Origin: Schmidtea polychroa
Lineage: Eukaryota
Assembly: GCA_044892525.1 (NCBI GenBank)
Contig: CM097886.1
Location: forward strand, 175,696,312 to 175,760,311
DNA length: 64,000 nucleotides
Reading direction: 5' to 3'
The number at the start of each line of letters is the position of its first letter. Positions within the stretch are counted from its first letter, which is position 1. This document shows positions 50,412-62,635 of this stretch, one piece after another. The notes beneath the pieces are model-generated. The model was not told where the DNA came from. It did not search any database and saw nothing but the letters and a program-made list of their open reading frames with translations. Both the position numbers and the translations under genes were made by a program.

Positions 50412-53110
50412 TGTCTATCACGGAAAACCAATATCAAACTAAGATGTGCTGAAAGTTTTGTTTATTACGTGTAATTTTCCCTCATTTTGGAATCGTTAAC
50501 AACCCGTAACACTAAGCGTTTTAAAAATTTTTTTGAGACGTATTTCAACAGTCAAATGATTTGGTCATTTATGATAAAATAAATTTCTGTGTATTATTTG
50601 GTTTCTACTTGTTAATAGTTGTCTTTTAGTCTATTTAAGTCAAACTTTTTGATCCCTATCACTTTAGTAAAAATATAAGGAATGTGCAGATTGCTAGTCT
50701 TCACGTGTTTAACAGAAGTCTGGCTTGATGGTGACAAATTCTTAATACTAGGCCTCTATACATAAAGTTCAGATTTAATTATGATAAAATATTCTGATAA
50801 AATTTGGTAGATAATTTACAAATATAAGAAAGATAACTATTATACTTTCCATTTTGGTTAAGCATAATTAACGACAAACAATATAAGGCTTGATATGATA
50901 TATGAAGGATGCCGCTTTGTTTCTTGATGATGGCAGATTACTAGGATAAGACGTCACTCACGGTCTAGTGCTTGTTTTATTACTCTGTACAGCACCATCC
51001 ATTTATACCCGGATCATAGATTTTATATTTTGCGTATAGCTAATAGCATATATACCAGGGATGGGCAAGTGCAGCTCTTTGATGAGGTCTGTGTCTCCCA
51101 TTGAGATCTGTTGTGGCTCTTTGTAATACGGGGGAAACCTGTATTTTGCTCTCGATGACCTCATGCGTGCCCACTCCTGCTATATACCATACATCTTTTG
51201 ATTTGATGTTTTGAATTTGATGATCAGGACCAGTAAAAACTTTTAACGCAAATAAAATGATTTGTCTCTTGTTTATTGACTTCTTTTTTTAAAATAAAAT
51301 GTAGTTATTTACTTTAGAAAGTACTACTTCTCTTACTGATAACTAAATTTGACCTTGTTGAGTAAATGATTGCTATACAATTGGAAAATTAGGCATTATA
51401 ACCCCTTAAAGAACTATAATCACCCACCAACGCGTTATTGGTTATTGATTATTAATCAAACTTATCAATAAATGAAAGATTGCGATCCAATATGAAATTG
51501 AGCACATGTAATATTCAAGATCTTTATGTATGGGCTTACATGTGTAAATACGACAATAATTATATAATTTATTTTGATAAATTTATCTATTGGTCAAATA
51601 CGAGATATTTGTGAATGGTGGTAATGTGAACAGATTATGAATGTGAAATTTCAAATGTATCAATGTAACTCTTTACATTGATTTAGTTATTTAGTTATTT
51701 CGTTATTTATTTAGTTATTTCGCACATTCAAAAGTTTTTTTCTATTTTTTAAAAATATATTTACCTAGAAAAATCTATATTTAAAGTCATTGCATATCTA
51801 GGTGACACATACCTATATTTTAAGTAGGTTTGGATCAGTTCATATATGATAGAAATGATGATCTATGTATTATCTATAGATATAACAATATTCATAAGAG
51901 TTACAATAATTCCATTGTGTTGATCAATGTCTACGGATCAGCAAAAAAAAATAATTAAATTGAATTTGAAATGTGAAATGTGAGTTAGTTGAATGGTATT
52001 GAACCAGGTTTAATTTAAGAGAACAGCAGGGGTCGTAATTGTTATGTATTGAGATGCAATTAATTATTAAATTAATAATTAAAGTTTATATTGCTAGTTT
52101 ATATTGCTGGTTCTATATTTTGCACATTATTTATTTTTTAATTTGTATAAATCGGCCCGCAAAAGATTCTAGATTAACAAAGAGGCCTGTGTTGTGATTT
52201 GGGTTGGGTAGGCCTGGTGTATTATATTGATCTTTTATGTTTATAATTTTTTCTGTTTTCTATCTTTTTCCCTTTCGATATAAAAATTTAATAGCCAAAG
52301 TTCAATGAAAAACTAACCACACTACCAATAAAAGAGATTACTACGCAACGCAATCTTGAAATATATATCGTCTGGATTAAAATTCTTTTTCAGTAAAATT
52401 ATTCATAATTATAAGAATGAAATGAAATTGCCCATTTTTATTAATTAATTAAAGGTATCTTAAACAATTTATTTAATAGCACAAAGCACTATGCACCTGG
52501 ATATAATTATTAATATTTATTTAATTATCAAAATAAATTGTAAATAGTTAGGAATAGAATCAATATTACAAATACTTAAACAGTATAACTGTTTTTGAGT
52601 AATTAAGTGCATTTTATTATACACGGAAAGTTCGTCCAACTTTTTCAACATATGCATATAAGATTTTTATCTGTGTCAAAAGCTTAACCAGAAATGAATC
52701 TTGTTAAAAAAGGCATTCCCAAGAAAGATTAGCAAAATTTATGTTACTGCGACTCGTATTTAAATCTGGACTTTATGTATAGAGGCCTAGTATTAAGAAT
52801 TTGTCACCATCAAGTCAGACTTTTGTTAAGCATATGAAGACTAGTAATTTCCACATTTCTTTCTTTTTACTTAATGGGGATAATAAAGTTTGACTTAAAA
52901 AGACAACAATTAACATGTTGAAACCAAATAATACACAGAAATTTACTTTATAATAAATGACCAAATCATTTGACTGTTGAAATACGTTTCAAAAAAAATT
53001 TAAAACGCTTAGTGTTACGGGTTTTTACCGATCCCAGAATGAGGAAAAAACATCCGATTTGTATGTTTTAGTTTGATATTTCTCTTAATATTGATAATCT
53101 GTGATAGATA
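50412..53110. repeat. Long imperfect inverted repeat (core arms about 50501-50778 and 52760-53023); possibly a long-TIR DNA transposon
   Basis: The arms are reverse complements, including a perfect stretch of about 45 bp (TTGATGGTGACAAATTCTTAATACTAGGCCTCTATACATAAAGT). Weaker similarity extends outward to TGTCTATCAC / GTGATAGATA. No TSD found. Confidence 0.85.
51056..51179. mobile_element. Small hAT MITE inside the inverted-repeat spacer
   Basis: CAGGGATGGGCA ... TGCCCACTCCTG (10/12); flanks atatatac / ctatatac. Confidence 0.7.
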
Positions 53111-54267
53111 TTTATTGGGTGTAAATGAACACTCGTACTTAGTGTTATCATATCAATGTTAAACAATTTTTGTAACCAGAGAAAATTTTTTCATAATTTT
53201 ACCCAATTAATATTAATAATTTAGCATAACAACAAATTGTAATGATTTTGGGTCTTGGATAGTGTAAATCGGTCAAAAAATTATTCGAAAGAATCGATTT
53301 TTTTGTAAATTATTTGAATTAGTAAAGCATACTTTTTAATATGTTAATGATTTGATTTTAAAATAAAATTAACAATTAAAAATTTCACATAAATCATTAT
53401 TAATTAAACAACTCAAAAACCATGATAAAAATGAATAAAAATCACGTTAAGTTTAAGTAAATATTTACTTATTTTCTCAAATATCATGTAATTATAAAAT
53501 TTTATGTGAAAAAACAAAAATTAACAAAGAAAATTGTGAATAGTTTAATAAGTAGTATTGTTATTAATCATTAATAATGTTCAAAATAGATCTTAGCAGA
53601 ATCGGCAATAGAATTTCCTTATTGGTTATCGTAAAGGTTAATTCTATTGGTTGATTAAATTTTACATTTCATGCGATATGTTAACTAAAAATTTGATTCT
53701 AAATTTATTGCAATTGGTCGATTTTATCATCAGCTTTTTTTATTCATTTCATGATTTCAGCATTAATAAATTATTGATTAATAAATTTATTATTTTCAAT
53801 AGAGATAACAAATAAATTCAATTGATCAAAAAAATATCTATCATTTGTGTGATGTTTTCAAAAGACTAAATTTATTAGGCTATGAGAAAATTTTTAAAAT
53901 ATTATTTCTATTTTTAGAAACAATCTGCCAACGGCATCGTAGAAAATCACTGATGTAAAACAATGTCTGTGGTATATCAAAATAAATATTTAAATAATTA
54001 ATATAATTGATTTGAATTCATTCAGAAAAATGATTGATTTTAATTAATTTATTAAATTATTATAAATTAAAAACTAGACATTTTTATCATTACTGTTCAA
54101 TTATTAATAATTAATAATTTTAAAATTGTCCCTATCAATCTTTAATTTTTTAAATCAATTTTATTGGTTTCCAATATCAATGTTTTTGTAAATTGATTTA
54201 AATCGATTATCCAAATAAAAAAATCAATTCTGTCGATAATTGACAGTTATAAAAATTTATGACTTAC

Positions 54268-54405
54268 TTGTGGTTTTGATATCTTCTTCGATATACGATT
54301 GGCAATTAGACGACAGGCACAAATAATAATCAATCCCACAGAAAATGTCCAAAACCCGAAAACGATTATATTACTCCAAATGAATTCATATTGTTTCGCA
54401 TACAT
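54268..54405 (-). CDS. Candidate alternative first coding exon encoding a transmembrane helix (MYAKQYEFIWSNIIVFGFWTFSVGLIIICACRLIANRISKKISKPQ)
   Basis: ATG directly after an in-frame TAA, 46 open codons, a hydrophobic stretch followed by basic residues, and consensus donor CAA|GTAAGT in phase 0, compatible with the CH2 acceptor. Confidence 0.65.
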
Positions 54406-55337
54406 TTAAGGAGGAAAAAAGGTAATTTTTCTTTCCAGCAAGAAAATAAATTAATAAAATAAGAAAAATGTTAGGTAGTTGACAATGATAGACGATTCGA
54501 ACGGAAACTGTTTTTAACAAATTAAATATTATATAAGAAATGCGTACAAGGATAGTGATGTTTGTAATATAGTACTGATAAGTTTGTGTATGCCAGTACA
54601 AATTAGCACTAAGTATGTGTGTGTGCGCGCGTTGGTGCAAGCGTATATGTGTTGTAATAGTAGAGACAAGGCATGCATGTAAATCATGGAATACAGCGTT
54701 ACGCATAGACTTGTCTGAAAAAGAATAGTTGTTCAATTGTGTGGTTGTCCATTGTATACGGCTATGCTTATGAAAACTTTTTATCAATTTAAGGATTAAC
54801 CATTTAATTGTATTTTTTTTATTAGACAATGACCAAAATATTTCTAATTGAAGGTAAATAATTTTTAATCAGATATGCTCTACTTACTATTGTAAATATA
54901 TTTTAACTAATCATATTTGATAAATTAGAAAAATTATTGATTGTGTAATTTTGTTTTCGACGAGAATTCAATATAAATAAAAAAATTATATTATTTTTAA
55001 TTGATTTTTTAAACTATTTATATGAATTTAATAGTTTATCAAAGTCCAACATATTAGCTGTACGATAGGTTAATGAATTAATTCGTTTGACTGTTTAATG
55101 ACTGACCCCTTCCGTGCAGTTTGCGTTCCATAATGCTTGAATTCTATTGAAAAATTATTTGGTACTTAAGGAAAATCAAAATAAAGATTTGTTCAATGTT
55201 CATTATATGACACTTTATATTAGTAATTTCTTAAGAAATATATAATCTGTCTCAATTTTTGAATTTCTAGACAATATTAAGCCAGTGGTGGATTTGGGTT
55301 ATGTTACGCGGAGGCTGAGAGAATGTTATGGGCCAAC

Positions 55338-55426
55338 CAGGGATTCGGAGCGGAGCGGAGCAGGAGCGCTTACTAATGGAGCGGTGTCTGGAGCGGAGCG
55401 TTTTTAACCACCGCTCTGAATCCCTG
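55338..55426. mobile_element. 89-bp hAT-like MITE with GGAGC internal repeats
   Basis: CAGGGATTCGGAGCGG ... CCGCTCTGAATCCCTG (15/16 TIR); TSD degenerate. Confidence 0.7.
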
Positions 55427-55849
55427 GGGGCGATATCAAAATTTAAAATATAATTTTTCTGAGAATTTAATAAATAATAATTACTAGCCCTATTCGAGTA
55501 CTTTCACAAGAATCAACAATCTAAACAAAGACTTTAAAATTTTAAGAATGTATATACAATGTATATCCAAATAATTTATTTAATAAACTAAGTAAGAAGT
55601 AAGTTTTTAAAAAATACTTTCTGTGTGAATTCATTGAAGCAAAACGATTTATCATCTGTTCAATTAAAAATAATGCTAATTAAAATAGACGTTCGTTAGT
55701 CATTGTTGGTTGCATTGTTGTCATTTCAGTAGTAGAAGTTCTAACGAGAAGAGTCAAGCAGATATTATATAATATTGAGATTTATTATATACATTTATAA
55801 AAAAACACTAACTCTTAGAACTTGTGACTTTTAGTGTATCCCTGGGAAG

Positions 55850-56667
55850 TAGGGACTGAAACCGAACCCGAACCCGAACCCAAAAACTCATGCAGGTTCG
55901 GGTTCATAAATTTAAAAAATTTATTCTGTTAATTTTTTTAAGAATAATAAAGAGGACAAAAAAGTAGTACAGTTTTCGTATTCGTTAATGTTGCCTAGCT
56001 TATTTTCTTTACTACAATACAAAATACAAATAGTAAAGTTTCTCGTGTTCATTAATGTTTCCTAACGATTATGTTTTTATTATTATTTGGAATTTTGACT
56101 TTCTATGATTAAAGTTTAACAATAATCATTATTAATCAATAAACATGTTTTTTTTGTTTGTTAAATTCTATATTAAGAAGAGGATATTCTTGAAGAAGTT
56201 TTAAAGAAAGAAAAGTTTTTTCAAATTAATTCGGAAAATATAAATTCCACATCTTTCATTGATAGTTCAGTTAAAAATAAGATGGAAATATACGAAAATT
56301 ATCCAAGGCTAGCAAAAGAAAAAAGTATTTTAGAATTTTGGGAGCAATATAAAATACAAACACCTTTACTATATCAGGTTTTGCAATATTTGCAATCCCT
56401 GTTACGCAAGTAAGCGTAGAGAGGGCTTTTTCAGCTTTAAAATGTATACTATCACCACAACGAGCAAATCTAACAGAAGAGAACTTAAAAAATATTTTAA
56501 CTGTTAAATTAAATGAAAAATTTTGGAAAAATAAATAAAAGATAGGGCTTTTTTTTCGAAATTTTGAACCCGAACTTGAACCCTGGACCGAACCTGAACC
56601 CGAACTTTTAATTTTGATTAACCCGAACCTGAACCTGAACCCAATATTTTCCGGGTTTCAGTCCCTG
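55850..56667 (+). mobile_element. Internally deleted hAT transposon
   Basis: TIR TAGGGACTGAAACC / GGTTTCAGTCCCTG, perfect 8-bp TSD CTGGGAAG, and CCGAAC subterminal repeats at both ends. Confidence 0.93.
56176..56538 (+). pseudogene. hAT transposase C-terminal dimerisation-domain relic (frameshifted)
   Basis: ILEFWEQYKIQTPLLYQV, then a frameshift to AIFAIPVTQVSVERAFSALKCILSPQRANLTEENLKNIL, the hAT 'P.T.V..ER.FS....R..L' motif. Confidence 0.88.
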
Positions 56668-57137
56668 CTGGGAAGTACCATTTTAATCAAAATCCGTATC
56701 TGTACTATATTTTTTTAATGCAAATTCTTTGAATTATTATATAGACGTCAACCCACATCTATAATATAAACATACATTTTATTATATACAACTAGACTGT
56801 TACAAGCAATAACACCTAAAGGAAAAAACAAACGAAAGATTGAAAGTATGTGTTCATTCATCCTAGATATTGTCAGGCATACTTTAATGTAGCATGTTGC
56901 AATCGTGTCTTATCTACATACATAGACATATGATAATTTTGTGCATCTTTCAACTAATTATTCAACTGAAAGAAAAATTTATTCAAGTGGTTTAATTAGA
57001 AAATTTAAGTTTGTACTAATAAAAGAAAATTATCCTACCCCCATTTTCGACAAAAACCTTTTCTTTATGTAGTATTTGAAGATTGAAATAAGAACAAAAC
57101 TTTTAAAAGAACATCTTGAAAATACTTTTCGGATAGC

Positions 57138-57608
57138 CATGGGTACCGGCAGGATTTTTTGAAAGGTGGTGCAGAATAAAACAAGGTCTTTGGGAGGAGA
57201 ATTATGTCAAATCATTTTAGTCACCTCAAATTATTTTCCAGAAAATCGGACCTCCACGAGACCCAAATAATAACTAATAGACTATTTTGGTTGAAATTTT
57301 CGAATATAGACTGCAGTCTACTGACCTACAGTAGTATTGTACTGTATAAAATTCAACACTAAGATTTTAATACTTCTAAATTTTTCATGCTGGAAACATG
57401 TTTATTACACATGCTAAAATTATTTCAAAACAAACGAACGCACGCACGCAAAAATTATGCGTGAGTTCGTGCGTTGATGGATGATGAGTGGCTCCATTGA
57501 CATATTACGATTTATAACGTTTTGTATCGTTTGGTGAAACCAATATTGTATTGTATTATTTAGGAAATTAAAGGTGGAGCACTTGCACCTCCCTGCCGGC
57601 TGCCCATG
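57138..57608. mobile_element. hAT-like MITE
   Basis: CATGGGTACCGGCAGG ... CCTGCCGGCTGCCCATG inverted ends; flanks cggatagc / cgcataac (6/8). Confidence 0.7.
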
Positions 57609-58675
57609 CGCATAACTTCTACGCCTATCAAACTACATTTAGATGCAGAGTCAGTCTTAATAAATATGGCACTGCGGCGGGATTTTTATTCGCAAATTCA
57701 TTACATCAAATTAATCATAAAAACATTTAATTGCTTTAATAATTTATTTAATGAAAATTTTAAAAATTAATAATTAAATATCTTATTTAGATGATACAAT
57801 TTAATCAAATTAAAAATGTGATTAGATTAAAATTTGCTTTCCGACCCACTTTATCGGTAAAGTATTAAAATGAAGAAATTGATGCTTCCAACACTATCAA
57901 TCCGATTAGGTAGTGTTTCTACATGAAGCCGCATATCCTTGCCCCTCCGCCCTAAAGCTTACTCCCTATATGTACCAATATTCAAGAAAATTAAATACAG
58001 ATTTATTATACACGCAAAAATTCCATATACAACCCACAAGATTCAAAAGGACACCCATTCTTTGAAAGCTTATTCTTTTAATTTCTAAATTATATAAATT
58101 TTTTAATTAATCTTTCAAGTTTAGTTTCTGGTAAGCAAAAACTAAGTCGTTTTGTAAACCTTAAAGAAAATATGTAAAGTAATAAAATATCGTTATTTAT
58201 AATTGTGAATGAAAAATTCAACATTTGATAAACTTAAATAGCAATATAAAAATATTTAAAATTATTGCAATTTCCTCTGTCAATTGCTGTTAAACAAATA
58301 ACTAGGTCATATGTAAAAAGTAAAATATTAAATTAAAATATTATTTTAATTTGTAAAATAAAATGAAATCGGTAAAAGAATGAAATGTTAAAATTAGCAA
58401 TAAAATCTTTTATCTATTTCACCATTAACTTTTTTTCAGTTTCAAATACATTTTCATTATTTTTTTATTAAACTATAGATCAATATTTTGTTTATTGGCT
58501 AAATATAAATCAAAATATTTATCAACTGTCTAATAAGAAAGAAATAAGGATTAAGTAAAATATTTAAATATTTAACATGTTATAAACATTAAATAGAAAA
58601 TTTAATAATTAAAAATAAATTTAAATAATTTTATTAATTAATATAATCAAATTCTAATTAAACATCAATATTTAC

Positions 58676-58768
58676 CTGAAAGAAAAGAATTATTATCCAA
58701 ACAAGTCCGAGAGTTAATTTTGGATTGCCATCAACTAGATCTTCAGCATGAATGTTTACTAGTTTTAT
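58676..58768 (-). CDS. CH1 C-terminal exon
   Basis: Reads [31 protein letters not shown], the hallmark actin-binding-domain motif. Phase 0/0, CAG|GTAAAT donor. Confidence 0.96.
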
Positions 58769-60780
58769 CTGAATATATTATTGACAATGAATTGTTGTGA
58801 TAACAACTGATTCATTATGTATACAATAATCAGACACAAATTTGTTTATATTTATAGTGCATAATTTCTACTAATGAAAATTAATCGATGAAATTAAAAT
58901 ATAAATAAGTTTGTCATTTTTATGGGTCCTTCAGTCAGGGGCATCGTTGTTACTTTTGCATCCATTACAAAATTGTAATCGTTGATTATTTATTTTTTAA
59001 AGTAATGTAATACCGGTTTTCTACCTTGAACGAGTCCTTTAATTTGTCAAAAGAGGTTGAGGATTTTTGGATTCCCTCCACCTAGTTGACAATTGTCAAA
59101 CATTTAAGAATATATCCCTGTAATACAATTATGTAAAAACAATTACCAAAATCAAATTTGAATTTTCAAAACGTGTTAGGGATGATTCCACGACAATTTA
59201 CGGAACAAAAAAAAATTCTAAAAAATCGTATATAAGTACTAGATGTAAATAAGAATTTAAGACGCTAAGAAAAAGATTAATATTTGAAGTTTTAATCAAG
59301 ATAACTATATGGGAATATCATTGTGTAATATTAAATTTAACCTTCGCAATAATTATCTTTTGGTTTCACCTTTGATCTTTTTTTTAATTCAATAATTTTC
59401 ATATTAATATTTGTAAGACTATTGATCAAAACAATATATAAGGTACACGATATTTCGACATAGTCATTATCAAATGTGTATTCGCAATATCGATATTTTA
59501 CTGCGAATTATCGTTTTTAGCTTTTTCTGTGAATTGGTGGGATTCGGTATGGATAGATTAGATTACGGAAAACAACATGATAGGAAGGGATTTGGCAAAA
59601 AAACGTTCAAGAAAGTTCGAATAGCAATATAATGTGGAAAACAGAAAAAAAATTTAAATAATTTAATTAAGGAAAATCTGAGTTGGAAAAACAAGAAAAA
59701 AGCAAATAACATGGATTTCGGAGAGCTATTATCATGATAAGTGAAACTCCCAACCAAATCATTAATTATTTACGATGACAGATACATGAATTGTAAGGAC
59801 AGATTATCTGAAGTATACAAAGAAAATTCAGACTTAAGAAATTTGGTATTTTATCTCAGGTAAAGAAAAAGAAAATGCGAGTAGACTTAGAGGGAAATTG
59901 AATTTCTTCAAATTAATTAGTAGAAAGCTAAAAGAAAACAGAAAGGATCAATTCGAGTAAAGGAAAACCTATAACATCTAAAAAGATGACATATTGTTGT
60001 AAAATGCGCAGAATGTTCACATTTTTAGGCGAAACCCATCAAATAATTAAATCGTCTATTTAGACAGTGTACGTTTTACTCATAGTTTCTAATAATAGCT
60101 GAATATGTTAGGGGTGTCTTTATCTATTGAATTTAAAGAATACGAGTAGTAGTTAAAACCCAATAATCTAATAATACATTATTTACTAAAATATATTATT
60201 TCGAATTCATTTGTTATCAATGAACTAACAATCGTAAATTCAATGTATTTATTTTACAAGTCTAGCACGGATTAACTAAGTTGTATCAATAGCACTTTGC
60301 ACTCATGCACTATGAAAATATATGTAAAAAAATAGTTGGACTAAAATAATCAGTTGAGTTACAAATACCGAAAATGGTCTTCAATACCGTTCATTGTGTG
60401 ACTAGATAAAGTTCAGAGACAATGAACTATGAATAATGACTTAGAAGGGATAAAACAATGACATCAAAATAAAAAAAGAATAGGAAAATGTAGATTTATA
60501 AATATGTATATATAAATATATGTATATTATAAAAATGTAGATCATATATTATTTGTAAGCAGAAAAACATGTATATATAGTACGTGCACCAAAGATGTTT
60601 AAAGGTTTTGGAAGAGAATACACTGTGCTACTGCTAAGCCACTGACTGGTAAGCCAAAGGTATCAATTTGATTGATAAGGTACGGAATATCCAATCAGAT
60701 TAAAACTTATAGCCCTTAATTCAAGTCACTGATTATAAACATAATTTAGGGAGTATTTGTCAATCCATTGACACGTCATT

Positions 60781-61140
60781 GATTTAATCAGAGAATTATT
60801 AATTTGCATTGATAATGATCAATCTTTGCATGGACCTTGGGTTATTTTGGATAACGCCACAATACATAAACCTATTGATGCGAGGAGCCTGTTTGTGAAT
60901 TCAGAAAGATGCTCGGTAAATTTCTTATCCCCTTAATCGTATATGCTCAATCCAGTCGAGCAAGTCTTCTCAAAAATCAAGTTTTTCGTTAAAGACAGAC
61001 TTGCCCATAAGCAAAAACAATACTCAAAGTCTTGTTGGGTTGATGAATATGGCGCTTGAAACTTTAACTTCTGAAAATTTGAACAACCATTTTGAACACA
61101 CTGTTCGAAATATTTCACTGGCCTTAGTCAATCATATTTT
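60781..61140 (+). pseudogene. IS630/Tc1/mariner DDE transposase relic (second D and E visible, 35-residue spacer)
   Basis: VILDNATIHK...FLSP*SYMLNPVEQVFSKIK, with a premature TAA at 60934-60936 where the motif usually has Tyr, and a downstream frameshift. Confidence 0.88.
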
Positions 61141-61230
61141 ATATCTTATTTAATTTATTTTTCTTTATCTTTTACTTATTATATTGTAAAAATATATTAA
61201 TTTTATAAATAGTTGAATCGATTATGAAAA

Positions 61231-61233
<3 letters not shown>

Positions 61234-61291
<58 letters not shown>
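61234..61291. repeat. (TA)n microsatellite
   Basis: 58-bp perfect TA run about 40 bp from the CH1 donor. Confidence 0.98.
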
Positions 61292-61295
<4 letters not shown>

Positions 61296-61332
61296 CATTA
61301 AGTACGAAGAAAAGAAAATGAAAGAAACTTAC

Positions 61333-61410
61333 ATTTTGAGAACGCAAGAAATCGAGAACCGTGTTAATATTTTCTAAGCAATGAAATCTCGAAAGCGCAT
61401 TTTGTGTGAA
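61333..61410 (-). CDS. CH1 middle exon
   Basis: Reads FTQNALSRFHCLENINTVLDFLRSQN, matching 'MRFH.LQNV..AL.FL...'. Phase 0/0, donor AAT|GTAAGT. Confidence 0.92.
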
Positions 61411-61529
61411 CTGAAAATATAAAAAATACATTATTTATAATCTACTGTCTAATTTTCAATAGTATAACAATGTTAACATTTAAATAAAATATATTTGAAG
61501 TTTTATGTAATTACAATTTTTCTTTTAAC

Positions 61530-61610
61530 CCTCTTTTTGTGTACATAAGAAGCCCACTCAGCAGGGGGCAATCCGAGAAAAGGCCAATGGGAGTGACTAA
61601 ACCAATCCAT
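61530..61610 (-). CDS. Weak candidate alternative first exon (MDWFSHSHWPFLGLPPAEWASYVHKKR)
   Basis: GC-richer open frame with an ATG and a phase-0 donor AGG|GTTAAA, 119 bp above the CH1 middle exon. No family similarity recognised. Confidence 0.3.
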
Positions 61611-62635
61611 GGTTACTCTTTTGGACAAGCAACAGGACGACTTCTCTTGAGGTATATGCAATATATCGTAATCACTTGAAGAAAAACTATGATTTTGTGA
61701 ACACAAATGGATTTATCCCACTATCAAAATTATCAAATTTCAACGTGTGACTTAATTCATATTGCATTGCTTAAAATTAAAGGTTTTTCCAAAAAAGACT
61801 AAGTTATATTTTCAAAAATTTATTATTTTTTATTCGTGTTAAGTGAAGAAAAATTACATATAACTTTACACATTTTACATTACAAATTAAAAAAAAATAT
61901 ACAACTTTTTTAATTTATTAATTTAACACCATGAGTAAGGGTTTTGAATTAATTGTGGTGCATAATAAATAACTCATATCTTTATATTTAGATGAGGTTA
62001 TGGGTAAAGAAATTTTGTATAGATGTGATAATTGAATGTAGTTCCGAAGTTTTAAATTATGCAGTTGATTTCATAGATGCTTTATAAAATAGCTTCTATG
62101 GTTGATTTCTTAAAAACCACATCCAGTATATTTTCAACCAAATATATTTTTATTCCTGCAAGTTTTTAATTTCTTTTTAAAAAGATCTTCTAGTTCGTTG
62201 TTGAAATATCTTCGCGCTTCATTCGACTAAGTATAAGTTTTCTTTTACGGCACTTGTTAGATTGTGTGGATCGAGTATTAATTGTATCGATTTAAATTAA
62301 TTAAAGATTTGAAATTCAAATATTTATTCTTATTCACAATATTCAAACAAGAGGATTATTTTACGCCATCAATATTTTGATCAAGATTACGTCAATCTAC
62401 AATCATTCTATTAATTTAAATTACATAATTATATTATAATTATACTTACATTATAATTATACTTACATTTAAATTATTAATATAATATTTCCAATTATTA
62501 TTAACATACCATACTTATGATTTCGAAATTAATTAATACACAATAATGTTCTGGAGCATACAAAAATTTAATTTCCGTAGTGCCATTTTAATGAGTTTGA
62601 AATCTTGATTGTTTGGTAAATATGAATATCTAGAT

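Larger units (their letters stand above)
1..61410 (-). other. Giant spectraplakin/plakin gene (dystonin/MACF1/Shot/VAB-10-like); multi-exon, incomplete at both ends in this window
   Basis: Manually spliced exons give CH1-CH2 ([18 protein letters not shown]; SSWKDGKAFLALIH; DEKSMMTYVASLF), a plakin domain (LKSEWQWILNLTHCLKTHL...YEQFF), SH3 and plectin repeats. All visible junctions are GT-AG with matching phases. Orthology to a particular family member is not determined. Confidence 0.95.

Noticed and set aside
59530-59990. Purine-rich coding-like tract on the + strand
   Set aside because: Fragmented frames and no diagnostic motif or termini.
62130-62240. Minus-strand SNEARRYFNNELEDLFKK as the missing CH1 N-terminal exon
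   Set aside because: Lacks the DLRDG / KTFTKW signatures and has no suitable in-phase donor.
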